This document shows positions 1 through 8,423 of a stretch of DNA of 64,000 nucleotides, piece after piece. The stretch's first letter is position 1, and each line of letters starts with the position of its first letter. This stretch comes from an uncultured delta proteobacterium (lineage in GTDB: Bacteria; Desulfobacterota; Binatia; Binatales; Binataceae). The stretch is from the NCBI GenBank assembly GCA_963842085.1, contig CAWJET010000001.1, positions 192,001 to 256,000 on the forward strand, given 5' to 3'. Made by a program: the position numbers and the translations under genes. The notes below the pieces were generated by a model. The model was not told where the DNA came from. It saw nothing but the letters and a program-made list of their open reading frames with translations, and did no database searches.

Positions 1-550
1 GCGCGAGCAGCGCGGCGTAAAACCCCGGCGGCTCCTCGTGGAACGCGCGATCGCGCCCGCCCAGCATCGTGTTCCATGGCGCCTCGCGCGCGAGCTGTCC
101 GATTTTCATCTTCGCCGTCTCGGTCTCGTTGGCGGGCATCTGCACCACGATCGTTCCGCCGGGACGGAGCGCGTCGAAGCATGCGGCGAAGAGAGCGCGC
201 TGGTCGGGAATCCATTGAAAGGTGGCGTTCGAGAAAATCAGCGTGTAGGCGCGGTCGGCGCGAAAGTCGGGCACGTTGAGCAACTCGAATGAGACGCGAC
301 GCTTGAGCTCGGCGGGCTCGCCGTCGAGCAGCTTGCGCGCGGCCTCGATCATCGCGGGCGAGCCGTCGACGCCCAGCACAGTTCCGCGCCGGCTGCGGCG
401 CGCCAGTTCGAGCGTGTTTTCTCCGGAGCCGCACCCCAGATCGATGATCTTTTCGTCACCGCTGAGTTCCAGCCGCGACAGAATGTGCCCGACGGGTTCC
501 GCCCGGTAGCGGCGAAAGCGGTTGTAGAGTTCGGGATCCCAATCGGACAT
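1..550 (-). CDS. Trans-aconitate 2-methyltransferase-like class I SAM methyltransferase (runs off the window edge)
   Basis: Manual translation from ATG at 550: MSDWDPELYNRFRRYRAEP...IIDLGCGSGENT...VLGVDGSPAMIEAA...IFSNATFQWIPD...LRPGG; not in the ORF track because its stop lies outside the window. Confidence 0.8.
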   Translation of the reverse strand, partial: MSDWDPELYNRFRRYRAEPVGHILSRLELSGDEKIIDLGCGSGENTLELARRSRRGTVLGVDGSPAMIEAARKLLDGEPAELKRRVSFELLNVPDFRADRAYTLIFSNATFQWIPDQRALFAACFDALRPGGTIVVQMPANETETAKMKIGQLAREAPWNTMLGGRDRAFHEEPPGFYAALLA

Positions 551-644
551 GAGCGTCGCCTTCCTGTGACGCAGCATAAGTGGCGAATGATCTGCTCACA
601 AGCGCGCTTGCGGCGGCGTGCGCAATCGTGCACAAGCATAGCGG

Positions 645-1658
645 ATGACTGAGCCTACGGAATCTCAGCCGGCAACGCCGAAGCGCAAGCCGCGGCGCAT
701 CTTTAGCATCGGCGCTATCCTGCTGGGCGTCCCGATCGTTCTCTGGATCGGAGCAGCCTTGTTCGTCGCGCGATCATTGATGTACCCGGACTTTCTCCGG
801 CGCGGCGGACAAGACGTTTTCGGACAGCATGTCCCGGCGTTCCAGCGGGGCTCGATAACCGATATCAGCGCCGCTCTCGGCGGCGTCGAGCCGGAGCGAT
901 TGGATTGCGGCGTGGTCGAAGAGGACGGCATCCGCCATCATCAGGTCAGCGTGGTCGGATGGTACTTCCCGGGCCATCGGCGTGAAGTGGTGGTGATTCT
1001 GCCGGGGGCGGGAGCGCCGGAAACCGCGATGATTCCGTACGTCAAGTTCCTGCTGGACGCCGGCTACACCGTGGTCGCGACCTACAGCGTCAACAATCCG
1101 AGCTACGGAATCAACTGGGGAATGCTGAAACGCAAATTCGCCCTGGCGACCGCGCGCACGCTCAAAGATGACGGCTTCGACAAAATCGCCGTGCTTGGAA
1201 TAGCTGAAGGCGCCGCCGGCGCGATCATGGCGCAGGCCGAACAGCCGGTCTTCACCGCGATCGTCGCCGACAGTTCCTACGCGAACCTCGAGCAACTGTT
1301 CATGCGCAGCCCGTCGATGTCGCGGCTCAATCCCGCGTTCGTCAGCACCATAATGTGGGAAGCTCAGCTGTGGTTCGGCCGCCCGCTGGACAAGATCTCG
1401 CCGGCGACCGACGCGGGCAAGCTCGGCGGTTGCTTGCTGCTCATCATTCAGAATCGCGACGACCAGGTAACTCCCCTTGCGGACGGCAAGGCGATTCTCG
1501 ACGCGGCCGGCTTCAACGCGCAGATGTGGACGGTGCCGTCCGGCGGTCACGGCGACGCGATCTACGAGGATCCCAAGGGCTACGCGGCGCGCGTCGTCAA
1601 ATTTCTCGACGCGAGCTTTGAGATTGCAACGCCCGCAGCCAAGCCGAACGGTCATTGA
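645..1658 (+). CDS. Membrane-anchored alpha/beta-hydrolase-fold protein (nucleophile Ser appears replaced by Ala)
   Basis: N-terminal TM helix; LGIAEGA at the nucleophile elbow, DDQVTP and GGHGD motifs. Confidence 0.75.
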   Translation: MTEPTESQPATPKRKPRRIFSIGAILLGVPIVLWIGAALFVARSLMYPDFLRRGGQDVFGQHVPAFQRGSITDISAALGGVEPERLDCGVVEEDGIRHHQVSVVGWYFPGHRREVVVILPGAGAPETAMIPYVKFLLDAGYTVVATYSVNNPSYGINWGMLKRKFALATARTLKDDGFDKIAVLGIAEGAAGAIMAQAEQPVFTAIVADSSYANLEQLFMRSPSMSRLNPAFVSTIMWEAQLWFGRPLDKISPATDAGKLGGCLLLIIQNRDDQVTPLADGKAILDAAGFNAQMWTVPSGGHGDAIYEDPKGYAARVVKFLDASFEIATPAAKPNGH

Positions 1659-1681
1659 CGGCGGGCGCCCGGATACTTCAC

Positions 1682-2575
1682 CTACATTCGCGGCTGGTTC
1701 AGATCCACCAGCAGCGTGCTCTTGAGCCGCTCGAACAGTTCGTCGATGTTCCACGGGCCGTTGTTGTACAGAATCCTGTCGGCCCTGATGTGCCGATAGC
1801 GCATGATGCGGTAGCCCGACGCGCCGAAGCATTGCCCGGTGACGTTCGCGGCGTCGTCGCTGGCGAGGAACACGACGATCGGCGCGACGTTGGCCGGATC
1901 GCGCGGGGTGCCCTCGACTTTGTCCGACTGCGGGATTCCGCTTGCGCCGGGCATCCTGCCCGCGGGAATCGTGTCGGTCATGCGCGTCGACGCGCCCGGC
2001 ATGATCGCATTAACCGTGATCCCGTACTTCTGCAGCGAGTTCGCGCTCGAGTACGTCAGGCCCAGGATTCCCGCCTTGGCCGCTGCGTAGTTCGGCTGGC
2101 CGGGACTGCCGAGCGCCGAGTTTGACGAGAAGTTGATGATCCTGCCGTACTTGCGCTCGCGCATGTGCGCCGACGCCGGACGAATCGTGCAGTAGTGCCC
2201 CTTCAGGTGCACGCGGATCACGTCGTCCCATTCCTGCTCGGACATGTTGAAGATCATGCGGTCGCGCAGGATGCCGGCGACGTTAACCAGGATGTCGAGC
2301 TTGCCGAATTCCTTGATCGCCTGGTTGACCAGGCCTTCGCCGCCTGCGACGGTGGCGATATCCATGTGATTGGATACGGCGTTGCCGCCCGCGCCTTTGA
2401 TTTCTTTGACTACGTCGTCGGCGGGCGATTGAGTTTCCTTCTGGCCCGCGACCGTGACGCCAAGATCGTTGACTACTACTGCGCATCCCTGCGCGGCGAA
2501 TGCCCTCGCGATGCCGCGGCCGATGCCGCGACCGCCGCCGGTGATGGCGGCTACTTTTCCGTCGAGCTTGCCCAT
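1682..2575 (-). CDS. Short-chain dehydrogenase/reductase
   Basis: TGGGRGIG, NVAG, YAAAK motifs. Confidence 0.92.
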   Translation of the reverse strand: MGKLDGKVAAITGGGRGIGRGIARAFAAQGCAVVVNDLGVTVAGQKETQSPADDVVKEIKGAGGNAVSNHMDIATVAGGEGLVNQAIKEFGKLDILVNVAGILRDRMIFNMSEQEWDDVIRVHLKGHYCTIRPASAHMRERKYGRIINFSSNSALGSPGQPNYAAAKAGILGLTYSSANSLQKYGITVNAIMPGASTRMTDTIPAGRMPGASGIPQSDKVEGTPRDPANVAPIVVFLASDDAANVTGQCFGASGYRIMRYRHIRADRILYNNGPWNIDELFERLKSTLLVDLNQPRM

Positions 2576-2716
2576 CGCTCAATTCTCCCTTGCGGCATAA
2601 TGCCGGAATCCAAACGCGGCCAGCGTTTTGGTTCGTGTAATAGTGCGCTTATACCGCAAAACCCGGCGAACGGAACAGACGCGCCAACACCGGCGTCACG
2701 AGCATCGCCGGCGCGC

Positions 2717-3787
2717 TCACTTGTGCTCGTTGTGCTCGCTGTAGGGATTGGAGAAGACGAATTCCCTGGCCTCGCCCGAGGTCCTGAGACGGCCAACCTT
2801 GCCGTTGGGCTCGGTGAACCAAAGGCTGCCGTCGGGACCGGCCGTGATGAAAGTCGCCATCGAATTTTGAGGCATCGGGAAGGCCGTGAACTCTCCCTTC
2901 GGAGTCACGCGATAGATCAGGTGCGCGCGAATCACCGTGACCCAGAGATTTTTGTCGCCACCCGCCGCAATTCCGAGCGGCACCCCGTCCGTGGGCAACG
3001 CGTACTCCGTGATGTAGCCTCCGGGCGTGATGCTGGCAATCTTGTTGGCCTGCGGCTGGGTGAACCAGACGTTGCCGTCGGGTCCGAGCGCCATCATCGC
3101 GGGGCGGCTGTCTGGCGCCAGGATTGCGAATTCCTTGACGTTGCCGGAGAGCGTGACGCGCGCGATGCGGTTCGCCTTGTCCTCGGCGAACCACAGGTTG
3201 CCGTCGCTGCCGCCGACTATTTCGGCGGGACCTGCGCCGTTGGGCAGCTCGATCTCGGTCAGCGTGCCCGTTGTGCTGAGCCGCCCGATGCGATTGCCCG
3301 AATGCTCCGTGAACCAGATATTACCGTCGGGGCCCGAAGTGATTCCCGCCGGTCCGCTGTCCGAGTGAGGCAGTTTGACGTACGCGATTTTGCCGTCGGG
3401 TGCGACCCGGCCGATCCGGTTGCCGGGCGGATCGGTGAACCATACTGCGCCGTCGGGACCGGCGGTTATTCGTTCGGCGAATCCGTCGGGATCGATCTGA
3501 AAGCGCTTGGTGGCGCCGTACGGGGTCATCCTGCCGATGCCGTCGCCCTGGTACTCGGTAAACCACAGGTTGCCGTCGAGACCCGCCGTGATTGCGTACG
3601 GCGCATGCGTGCCGATCGGAGCGCCGGTGGGGGTTGGCTTCGCGCTCGGAACGGCAGCGGCTTCGCGCCCGGGCTGCGCAGGCGCGGGCTGCTGCGTCGA
3701 GCATCCCTGCACGGTCGCGAGCGCGGCGACGAAAATTGCGCCAACAGTTGCGCAGGCCAGCGCGCGGCTGAGCGAGCGATGGCTCAA
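2717..3787 (-). CDS. Vgb-family (virginiamycin B lyase-like) beta-propeller protein, probable lipoprotein
   Basis: About 7 repeats of GPDGNLWFTE; hydrophobic leader ending VQGC; likely TTG start at 3787 overlapping the upstream TGA (start uncertain). Confidence 0.8.
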   Translation of the reverse strand: MSHRSLSRALACATVGAIFVAALATVQGCSTQQPAPAQPGREAAAVPSAKPTPTGAPIGTHAPYAITAGLDGNLWFTEYQGDGIGRMTPYGATKRFQIDPDGFAERITAGPDGAVWFTDPPGNRIGRVAPDGKIAYVKLPHSDSGPAGITSGPDGNIWFTEHSGNRIGRLSTTGTLTEIELPNGAGPAEIVGGSDGNLWFAEDKANRIARVTLSGNVKEFAILAPDSRPAMMALGPDGNVWFTQPQANKIASITPGGYITEYALPTDGVPLGIAAGGDKNLWVTVIRAHLIYRVTPKGEFTAFPMPQNSMATFITAGPDGSLWFTEPNGKVGRLRTSGEAREFVFSNPYSEHNEHK

Positions 3788-4941
3788 TTGACGATCCGAT
3801 TGGCTCTCAGCTCGGAAATCTCGCCGGCGCCGAATCCAAACTCGCCGAGAATTTCGTCGGTGTGTTGCCCCAGGTCGGGCGCGTGACGCCACAACTCGGG
3901 CTCGGTGCGCGAGAATCGCGCGGGCGACCGTACGGCGCGCACGCGCCCGGCCCGCGGATGCTCGTATTCGAAGAACGTCTCATTCGCGACGAACTGCGGA
4001 TCGTTCCAGATCGAGTCGTAGTCGTTGACCGGTCCGCATGGCACGTCGGCGGCTTCGATCCGCTCGAGCCAGTAAGCCGAAGGTTGCGTCGGGAACAGGG
4101 TGATCAGGCTCTTGATCGAACGCTTCACTCGGTCCGGCCGCGGCTCGTCGCCCTCGAACCATTCCGGATGCCCGACCGCCTCGAGAATCGCCGTCCAATG
4201 CTTGTCGGTAAGCGGCGCAATCGTGATGAAGCCGTCGGCCGTCTGAAACGGCTCGAGCGTGTTCATCGACGGCGCGACTCCGGCGTCGTGCGGAAGATAC
4301 GTGTGCCGCGATGCGGTGTCAGGCATCAGGTAGTAGGCGACGGCGTCGATCATCGCGATCTTGAGATGCTGTCCTTTGCCGCTGCGCTGCGCCTCGGTCA
4401 GCGCCGCGAGGATCGAGATCGCCGCCGTCATCGCCGTGACCTTGTCGCCGAGAATATTCTTGACCGCGCGTGGCCGCCCCTGTGTGCGCTGCGAGGTCAT
4501 CACGCCCGCCATCCCCTGGATAATCGGATCGTACGCGGGCTTGTTGACCGACGGCCCCGAAAAACCGTAGCCGGCGATCGAGCAGTAAACGATCTTCGGA
4601 TTGCGCGCCGCGACCGCGTCGTAGCCGACGCCCAGCCGATCGACCACGCCGGGACGCACGTTTTGCACCACGACGTCCGCGCGCTCGGCCATCTTGAGAA
4701 ACACCTCCGCGGCGCCGGACTGCTTGAGATCAAGCATCATCGCGCGCTTGTTGCGATTCCAGTTGAGGATGCCTACCGGCACGCCGCCGCGCACCTGGCC
4801 GGTGACGTTGCGCGACACGTCGCCTTCAGGCGGCTCGATTTTTATTACGTCGGCGCCGAGGTCACCGAGCATCATGGTGCAGAACGGACCCGACACCACC
4901 ATGCTCAAATCGAGTACGCGGATTCCTTCCAGTGGTCCCAT
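3784..4941 (-). CDS. CaiB/BaiF family CoA-transferase (class III)
   Basis: GPLEGIRVLDLS..SGPFCTMMLGDLGADVIKIEPPEGD, NRNKR, PAYD, APDLGQHTDEIL; ATG at 4941. Confidence 0.92.
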   Translation of the reverse strand: MGPLEGIRVLDLSMVVSGPFCTMMLGDLGADVIKIEPPEGDVSRNVTGQVRGGVPVGILNWNRNKRAMMLDLKQSGAAEVFLKMAERADVVVQNVRPGVVDRLGVGYDAVAARNPKIVYCSIAGYGFSGPSVNKPAYDPIIQGMAGVMTSQRTQGRPRAVKNILGDKVTAMTAAISILAALTEAQRSGKGQHLKIAMIDAVAYYLMPDTASRHTYLPHDAGVAPSMNTLEPFQTADGFITIAPLTDKHWTAILEAVGHPEWFEGDEPRPDRVKRSIKSLITLFPTQPSAYWLERIEAADVPCGPVNDYDSIWNDPQFVANETFFEYEHPRAGRVRAVRSPARFSRTEPELWRHAPDLGQHTDEILGEFGFGAGEISELRANRIVN

Positions 4942-5105
4942 CGCTGCCTCCGGGAAACATGCTCCCTGAGTACTGCCGATCAGAAGTAGCAGCCAGTGAT
5001 GCTTATAGTTCAACCCCCATCCACCCCACAACTTGAGAGTCTGATCCCTCGCCCGTTATTTTCACGGGATGGTAAGATTCGCTACGCTCAGTAAGACACG
5101 CAAAG

Positions 5106-5214
5106 AAGTTCTAACCGGGACGAAGTCTCGCATCTTTATCTCACCGGGTGCAGGGGTCACCCCTGCCGAAGGAAACGTGAAACCCACCGCGGGTTTCACA
5201 TGCGATAAAGTTCT
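5106..5214. repeat. Intergenic multi-hairpin repeat family A, copy 1
   Basis: Near-identical to 16733-16846; hairpins CGGGAC-GAA-GTCTCG, GCAGGGG-TCA-CCCCTGC, GTGAAACCC-ACCGC-GGGTTTCAC; AAGTTCT at both ends. Confidence 0.85.
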
Positions 5215-5226
5215 CCGCGCTAAAAT

Positions 5227-6792
5227 TCACGTGAACCGTCCGCTGCGTATCGCGATTTCGCGCAGCTTGGCGACGCGCGACTGTATCGCGCGGCTGCGGC
5301 GCATCCGTTCCAGCGTCAGCGGGAGCCGATAGGTCCAGTTCGAGTCGTTGGTCGTTCCGGGCCGATTTATCCGCGCACTCCATCCAAACAAATCCTGGAT
5401 CGGAATTATCACCAGCTGCGACGGCGCCGCGTACAGCACAGCCAGGATCGCGTCGCGGGCCGCCTCCTCGAGCATGCGGCGCGGATTCACCTTGCCTTCG
5501 AGACCGAGTTCGCGCACGAATTTCTCGCGCTCCGCAATCGGCTGCTCGCGCCACCACACGGCCAGAGGTTCGGTGTCATGCGTCCCCGTGGTCGCGAGCG
5601 AAAGCTCGGGATAGGTCGCCGGACTGAGAAATGGCTCGTCGGCGCGTCCCCAGTCGCGCTCCCATTGCATTACCTTGTATCCCGGCACGCCCAGCCGCGT
5701 GAGAGACGCACGCACCCACGGCGGCACGGTGCCCAGGTCTTCGGCGATCAGTTCCGTAGCGCCCGCCTCCTGCTTGATCGTGCGGATCGCTTCTTCACCC
5801 TGCAGCCGCTGATCGTTTTCGTCCAGCGGCGTGAAAGTTCCGGGTGCGTCCGGGTCGGAACCGAAATTGAAAGTTCGATACAACCCAACCACGTGATCGA
5901 TTCGAAGCAAGTCATAGAGCGAACTGGCGTGACGCGCACGCGCTCGCAGCAGCTTGAATCCAGCCGCGCGCATCTGGTTCCAGTTCGGCAGCGGCAGGCC
6001 CCATCGCTGTCCCTTGGGATTGAAACCGTCGGGCGGCGCGCCCACCGTGCGCGTCAGATCGAACTCGTCCTGGTTGGCCCACACCTCGGCGCTGTCCCGG
6101 CACGGCGAGAACGCGAGGTCTCCGCCGATGAATGCGCCGTGCGACGCCGCATGCGCGCGCATCTCTGACCACTGCCGATGCGCGACGAACTGCCAATAGC
6201 CGTACATCTCGATCGGGTCGGCCAGCTCGCGGCGCGCGAGCATCAGCGCTGCGGGATCGCGATGCACAATTTCCGCCGGCCACGTCTCCCAGCTCGTCCG
6301 GTTTAAGCGCTCCTTCAGCGCGCGGAACAAAGTGTAGTCGTGGATCCAGTACGAGTTGGCCTCGATGAACGCGTCGAGTTGCGCGCCTTCATCGCGTCCG
6401 CCGCGCGCTCGTGCCGCCCGGTACGCGCGCTCGAGCAATGCGAATTTTTCTCTCCGTATAATCGCACGCGGAACAACGCGCGCTCTCCCGACCGCCGCGC
6501 GCGCACGCGCCTGCAGAACCCGCCCGACTCCCGGCAACCCGCCGATCGAGATGTACATCGGATCGATCGCCATCACGCTCATCGCGCTGTACGGGCTGAG
6601 ACCGTCGGGCCCGGTCTCGTCCAACGGCAGCAACTGGATCGCGCGATGACCCATCGACAGCGCGAAATCGATCATCGGCGCGAGGTCCAGTATCTCCCCG
6701 CGTCCGAGACTGTAGCGCGTGCGGATCGAGAACAGCGGAATCAGGATTCCCGCGGACCGCGTCAGCATCGGGGCACTATCAGCGGTCCGCAC
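5227..6792 (-). CDS. malQ: 4-alpha-glucanotransferase (amylomaltase, GH77)
   Basis: QLLPL..SPYS, GAPPDGF..GQRWGLP, RIDHVVG, IAEDLG, TGTHDT, RINRPGT..NWTYR. Confidence 0.92.
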   Translation of the reverse strand: MRTADSAPMLTRSAGILIPLFSIRTRYSLGRGEILDLAPMIDFALSMGHRAIQLLPLDETGPDGLSPYSAMSVMAIDPMYISIGGLPGVGRVLQARARAAVGRARVVPRAIIRREKFALLERAYRAARARGGRDEGAQLDAFIEANSYWIHDYTLFRALKERLNRTSWETWPAEIVHRDPAALMLARRELADPIEMYGYWQFVAHRQWSEMRAHAASHGAFIGGDLAFSPCRDSAEVWANQDEFDLTRTVGAPPDGFNPKGQRWGLPLPNWNQMRAAGFKLLRARARHASSLYDLLRIDHVVGLYRTFNFGSDPDAPGTFTPLDENDQRLQGEEAIRTIKQEAGATELIAEDLGTVPPWVRASLTRLGVPGYKVMQWERDWGRADEPFLSPATYPELSLATTGTHDTEPLAVWWREQPIAEREKFVRELGLEGKVNPRRMLEEAARDAILAVLYAAPSQLVIIPIQDLFGWSARINRPGTTNDSNWTYRLPLTLERMRRSRAIQSRVAKLREIAIRSGRFT

Positions 6793-6802
6793 TCGACGGA
6801 GT

Positions 6803-7561
6803 TCAAATCACATAGCCGCCGTTGGGGCTGAGCACCTGGCCGACCATGAATTTCGAATCATCGCAGGCCAGGAATAGCGCCGCCGCCGCGATATCGCTCG
6901 GCTGACCGAACCGCCCCATCGGCGTGATCGCTTCGATCTGCTTCCGCATCTCGCCCTCGATGATCGAGGTCATCGGCGTTTCGATAAATCCCGGCGCGAT
7001 GCAGTTGACCAGAATCCCCATCGTCACCACTTCGCGCGCAACCGATTTGGTGAACGAGATTATCCCGCCCTTCGCCGCGCAGTAGTCCGAGGCAAATGCC
7101 AGCCCCGTGGTGCCCGCGATCGAGCCCATATTGATGATGCGTCCCGACTGCTTGGGGATCATCACCTTGAGCGCCTCGCGCGTGCAGTAAAACGTCGCGT
7201 CGAGATGCGTCGCCAGCATCTTGTGCCAGTCCTCGTCGGTCTTCTGATGAGTCGGGACCACCTCGCTCGCGTCGCGAGTCCGTCCTATCCCCGCGTTATT
7301 GATCATGATGTCGATAGTCCCGAATGCGGCGATGAAGTCCGCGAACATCCTGGCCACGGCCGCGCTGCTCGACACGTCCGCGACCAACGGCCGCGCCATC
7401 CCGCCCGCCCGCTCGATTTCTGTCACGACGTTCTGCGCCGACTCGGGCCTGATGTCGTTGACGCCGATCTTCGCGCCCTCGCGCGCGAACGTCAGTCCCA
7501 TCTCGCGCCCGAGCCCCGAGCCGCCGCCGGTGATCAGTACAACTTTGTCCTTGAGTTTCAT
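6803..7561 (-). CDS. SDR oxidoreductase (FabG-like)
   Basis: TGGGSGLG, NNAG, YCAAK, PGFIET. Confidence 0.92.
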   Translation of the reverse strand: MKLKDKVVLITGGGSGLGREMGLTFAREGAKIGVNDIRPESAQNVVTEIERAGGMARPLVADVSSSAAVARMFADFIAAFGTIDIMINNAGIGRTRDASEVVPTHQKTDEDWHKMLATHLDATFYCTREALKVMIPKQSGRIINMGSIAGTTGLAFASDYCAAKGGIISFTKSVAREVVTMGILVNCIAPGFIETPMTSIIEGEMRKQIEAITPMGRFGQPSDIAAAALFLACDDSKFMVGQVLSPNGGYVI

Positions 7562-7568
7562 CGACGCC

Positions 7569-7907
7569 CTACTTCTTGCCTTCCTTGAGTTGCCGCTTCC
7601 AGTCCAGTCGCCGCGCCTCGGCGCCGGCCGCCTCCGCTTCCGGCACCATGCCCTTCTTCTGGTAAAACATGCTGAGGTTGGTGTGCGCCAGGATGTCCTC
7701 CGGCTCCTGCGCGATATATTTTTTCGTCAGCTCGATCGCCGCGTCGAGATCCCCCTTCGCCTGGTAGCACATCGTCATCCCGTGGATCGCATCGACGTAC
7801 TTCGGATCGATCTCGAGCGCCCGTTTGTACAACTCGATCGCTTCGTCGAACTTGTCGTCGGCGTATGCGTCGATCGCCTCGTCGTACAGCTCTTCCTTAT
7901 CCGGCAT
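7569..7907 (-). CDS. Tetratricopeptide repeat protein
   Basis: EAIELYKRALEIDPKY TPR consensus; GGAGG RBS. Confidence 0.85.
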   Translation of the reverse strand: MPDKEELYDEAIDAYADDKFDEAIELYKRALEIDPKYVDAIHGMTMCYQAKGDLDAAIELTKKYIAQEPEDILAHTNLSMFYQKKGMVPEAEAAGAEARRLDWKRQLKEGKK

Positions 7908-7985
7908 ATCGGACCTCCGGTGAATGCGCGCCGCGGGATCGCGATTTCGCGCACACCCATCCTCTTATATACTAGACTCTGCGCT

Positions 7986-8303
7986 ATGGAGAATTCGCCC
8001 GCACCGACCGAGGCCGACGTTTACGAAGTGCTGCGCGAGTGCTACGACCCCGAGATTCCCGTCAATCTCGTCGACCTCGGACTAATCTACGGCGTGCAGA
8101 TCGACAACCGCGTCGTCAACGTCACGATGACGCTGACCGCGCCCGGCTGCCAGATGGGCATGATGATCACGCAGGAAATCCAGGACAAGCTGCTCGGCAT
8201 CCCAGGATGCGCCGACGCGTGCGTCGAGATCGTGTGGGACCCGCCATGGACGCCGCACATGATGACCGACGCAGCAAAAAAGCAACTCAACATCGACGAC
8301 TAG
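7986..8303 (+). CDS. Metal-sulfur cluster assembly factor (SufT/DUF59 family)
   Basis: DPEIPVNLVDLGLIY, TLTAPGC, VWDPPW; ATG at 7986 inside the longer ORF-track frame. Confidence 0.9.
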   Translation: MENSPAPTEADVYEVLRECYDPEIPVNLVDLGLIYGVQIDNRVVNVTMTLTAPGCQMGMMITQEIQDKLLGIPGCADACVEIVWDPPWTPHMMTDAAKKQLNIDD

Positions 8304-8320
8304 CGCCGCACGTTCCGTCC

Positions 8321-8400
8321 CCTCTCCCTGCAAGGGAGAGGATCGAAGGTGAGGGTCATTATTCAGCGCGCGATTTTTTTCGCGCGCGATTCAAGATTCT
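8321..8400. repeat. REP-like repeat family B, copy 1
   Basis: CCTCTCCCT-GCA-AGGGAGAGG hairpin, GGTGAGGGTC, then GCGCGCGA-T-run-TCGCGCGC hairpin; matches 15555-15631. Confidence 0.8.
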
Positions 8401-8423
8401 GCCTCTCCCTTTCCGGCGCCCAA

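Noticed and set aside
2717-3787. Streptogramin resistance gene vgb
   Set aside because: Only the generic propeller repeats are evident and the protein looks exported; resistance function is unsupported.
2165-3886. Long plus-strand ORF of 573 aa (similarly 23082-24812, 27327-29039, 36431-37585, and 48479-49891 on minus)
   Set aside because: Antisense shadows of well-supported genes in high-GC DNA; Arg-rich with no recognisable motifs.
7299-7985. N-terminal extension making the SufT ORF 334 aa
   Set aside because: Overlaps the SDR and TPR genes on the opposite strand; the DUF59 domain starts at ATG 7986.
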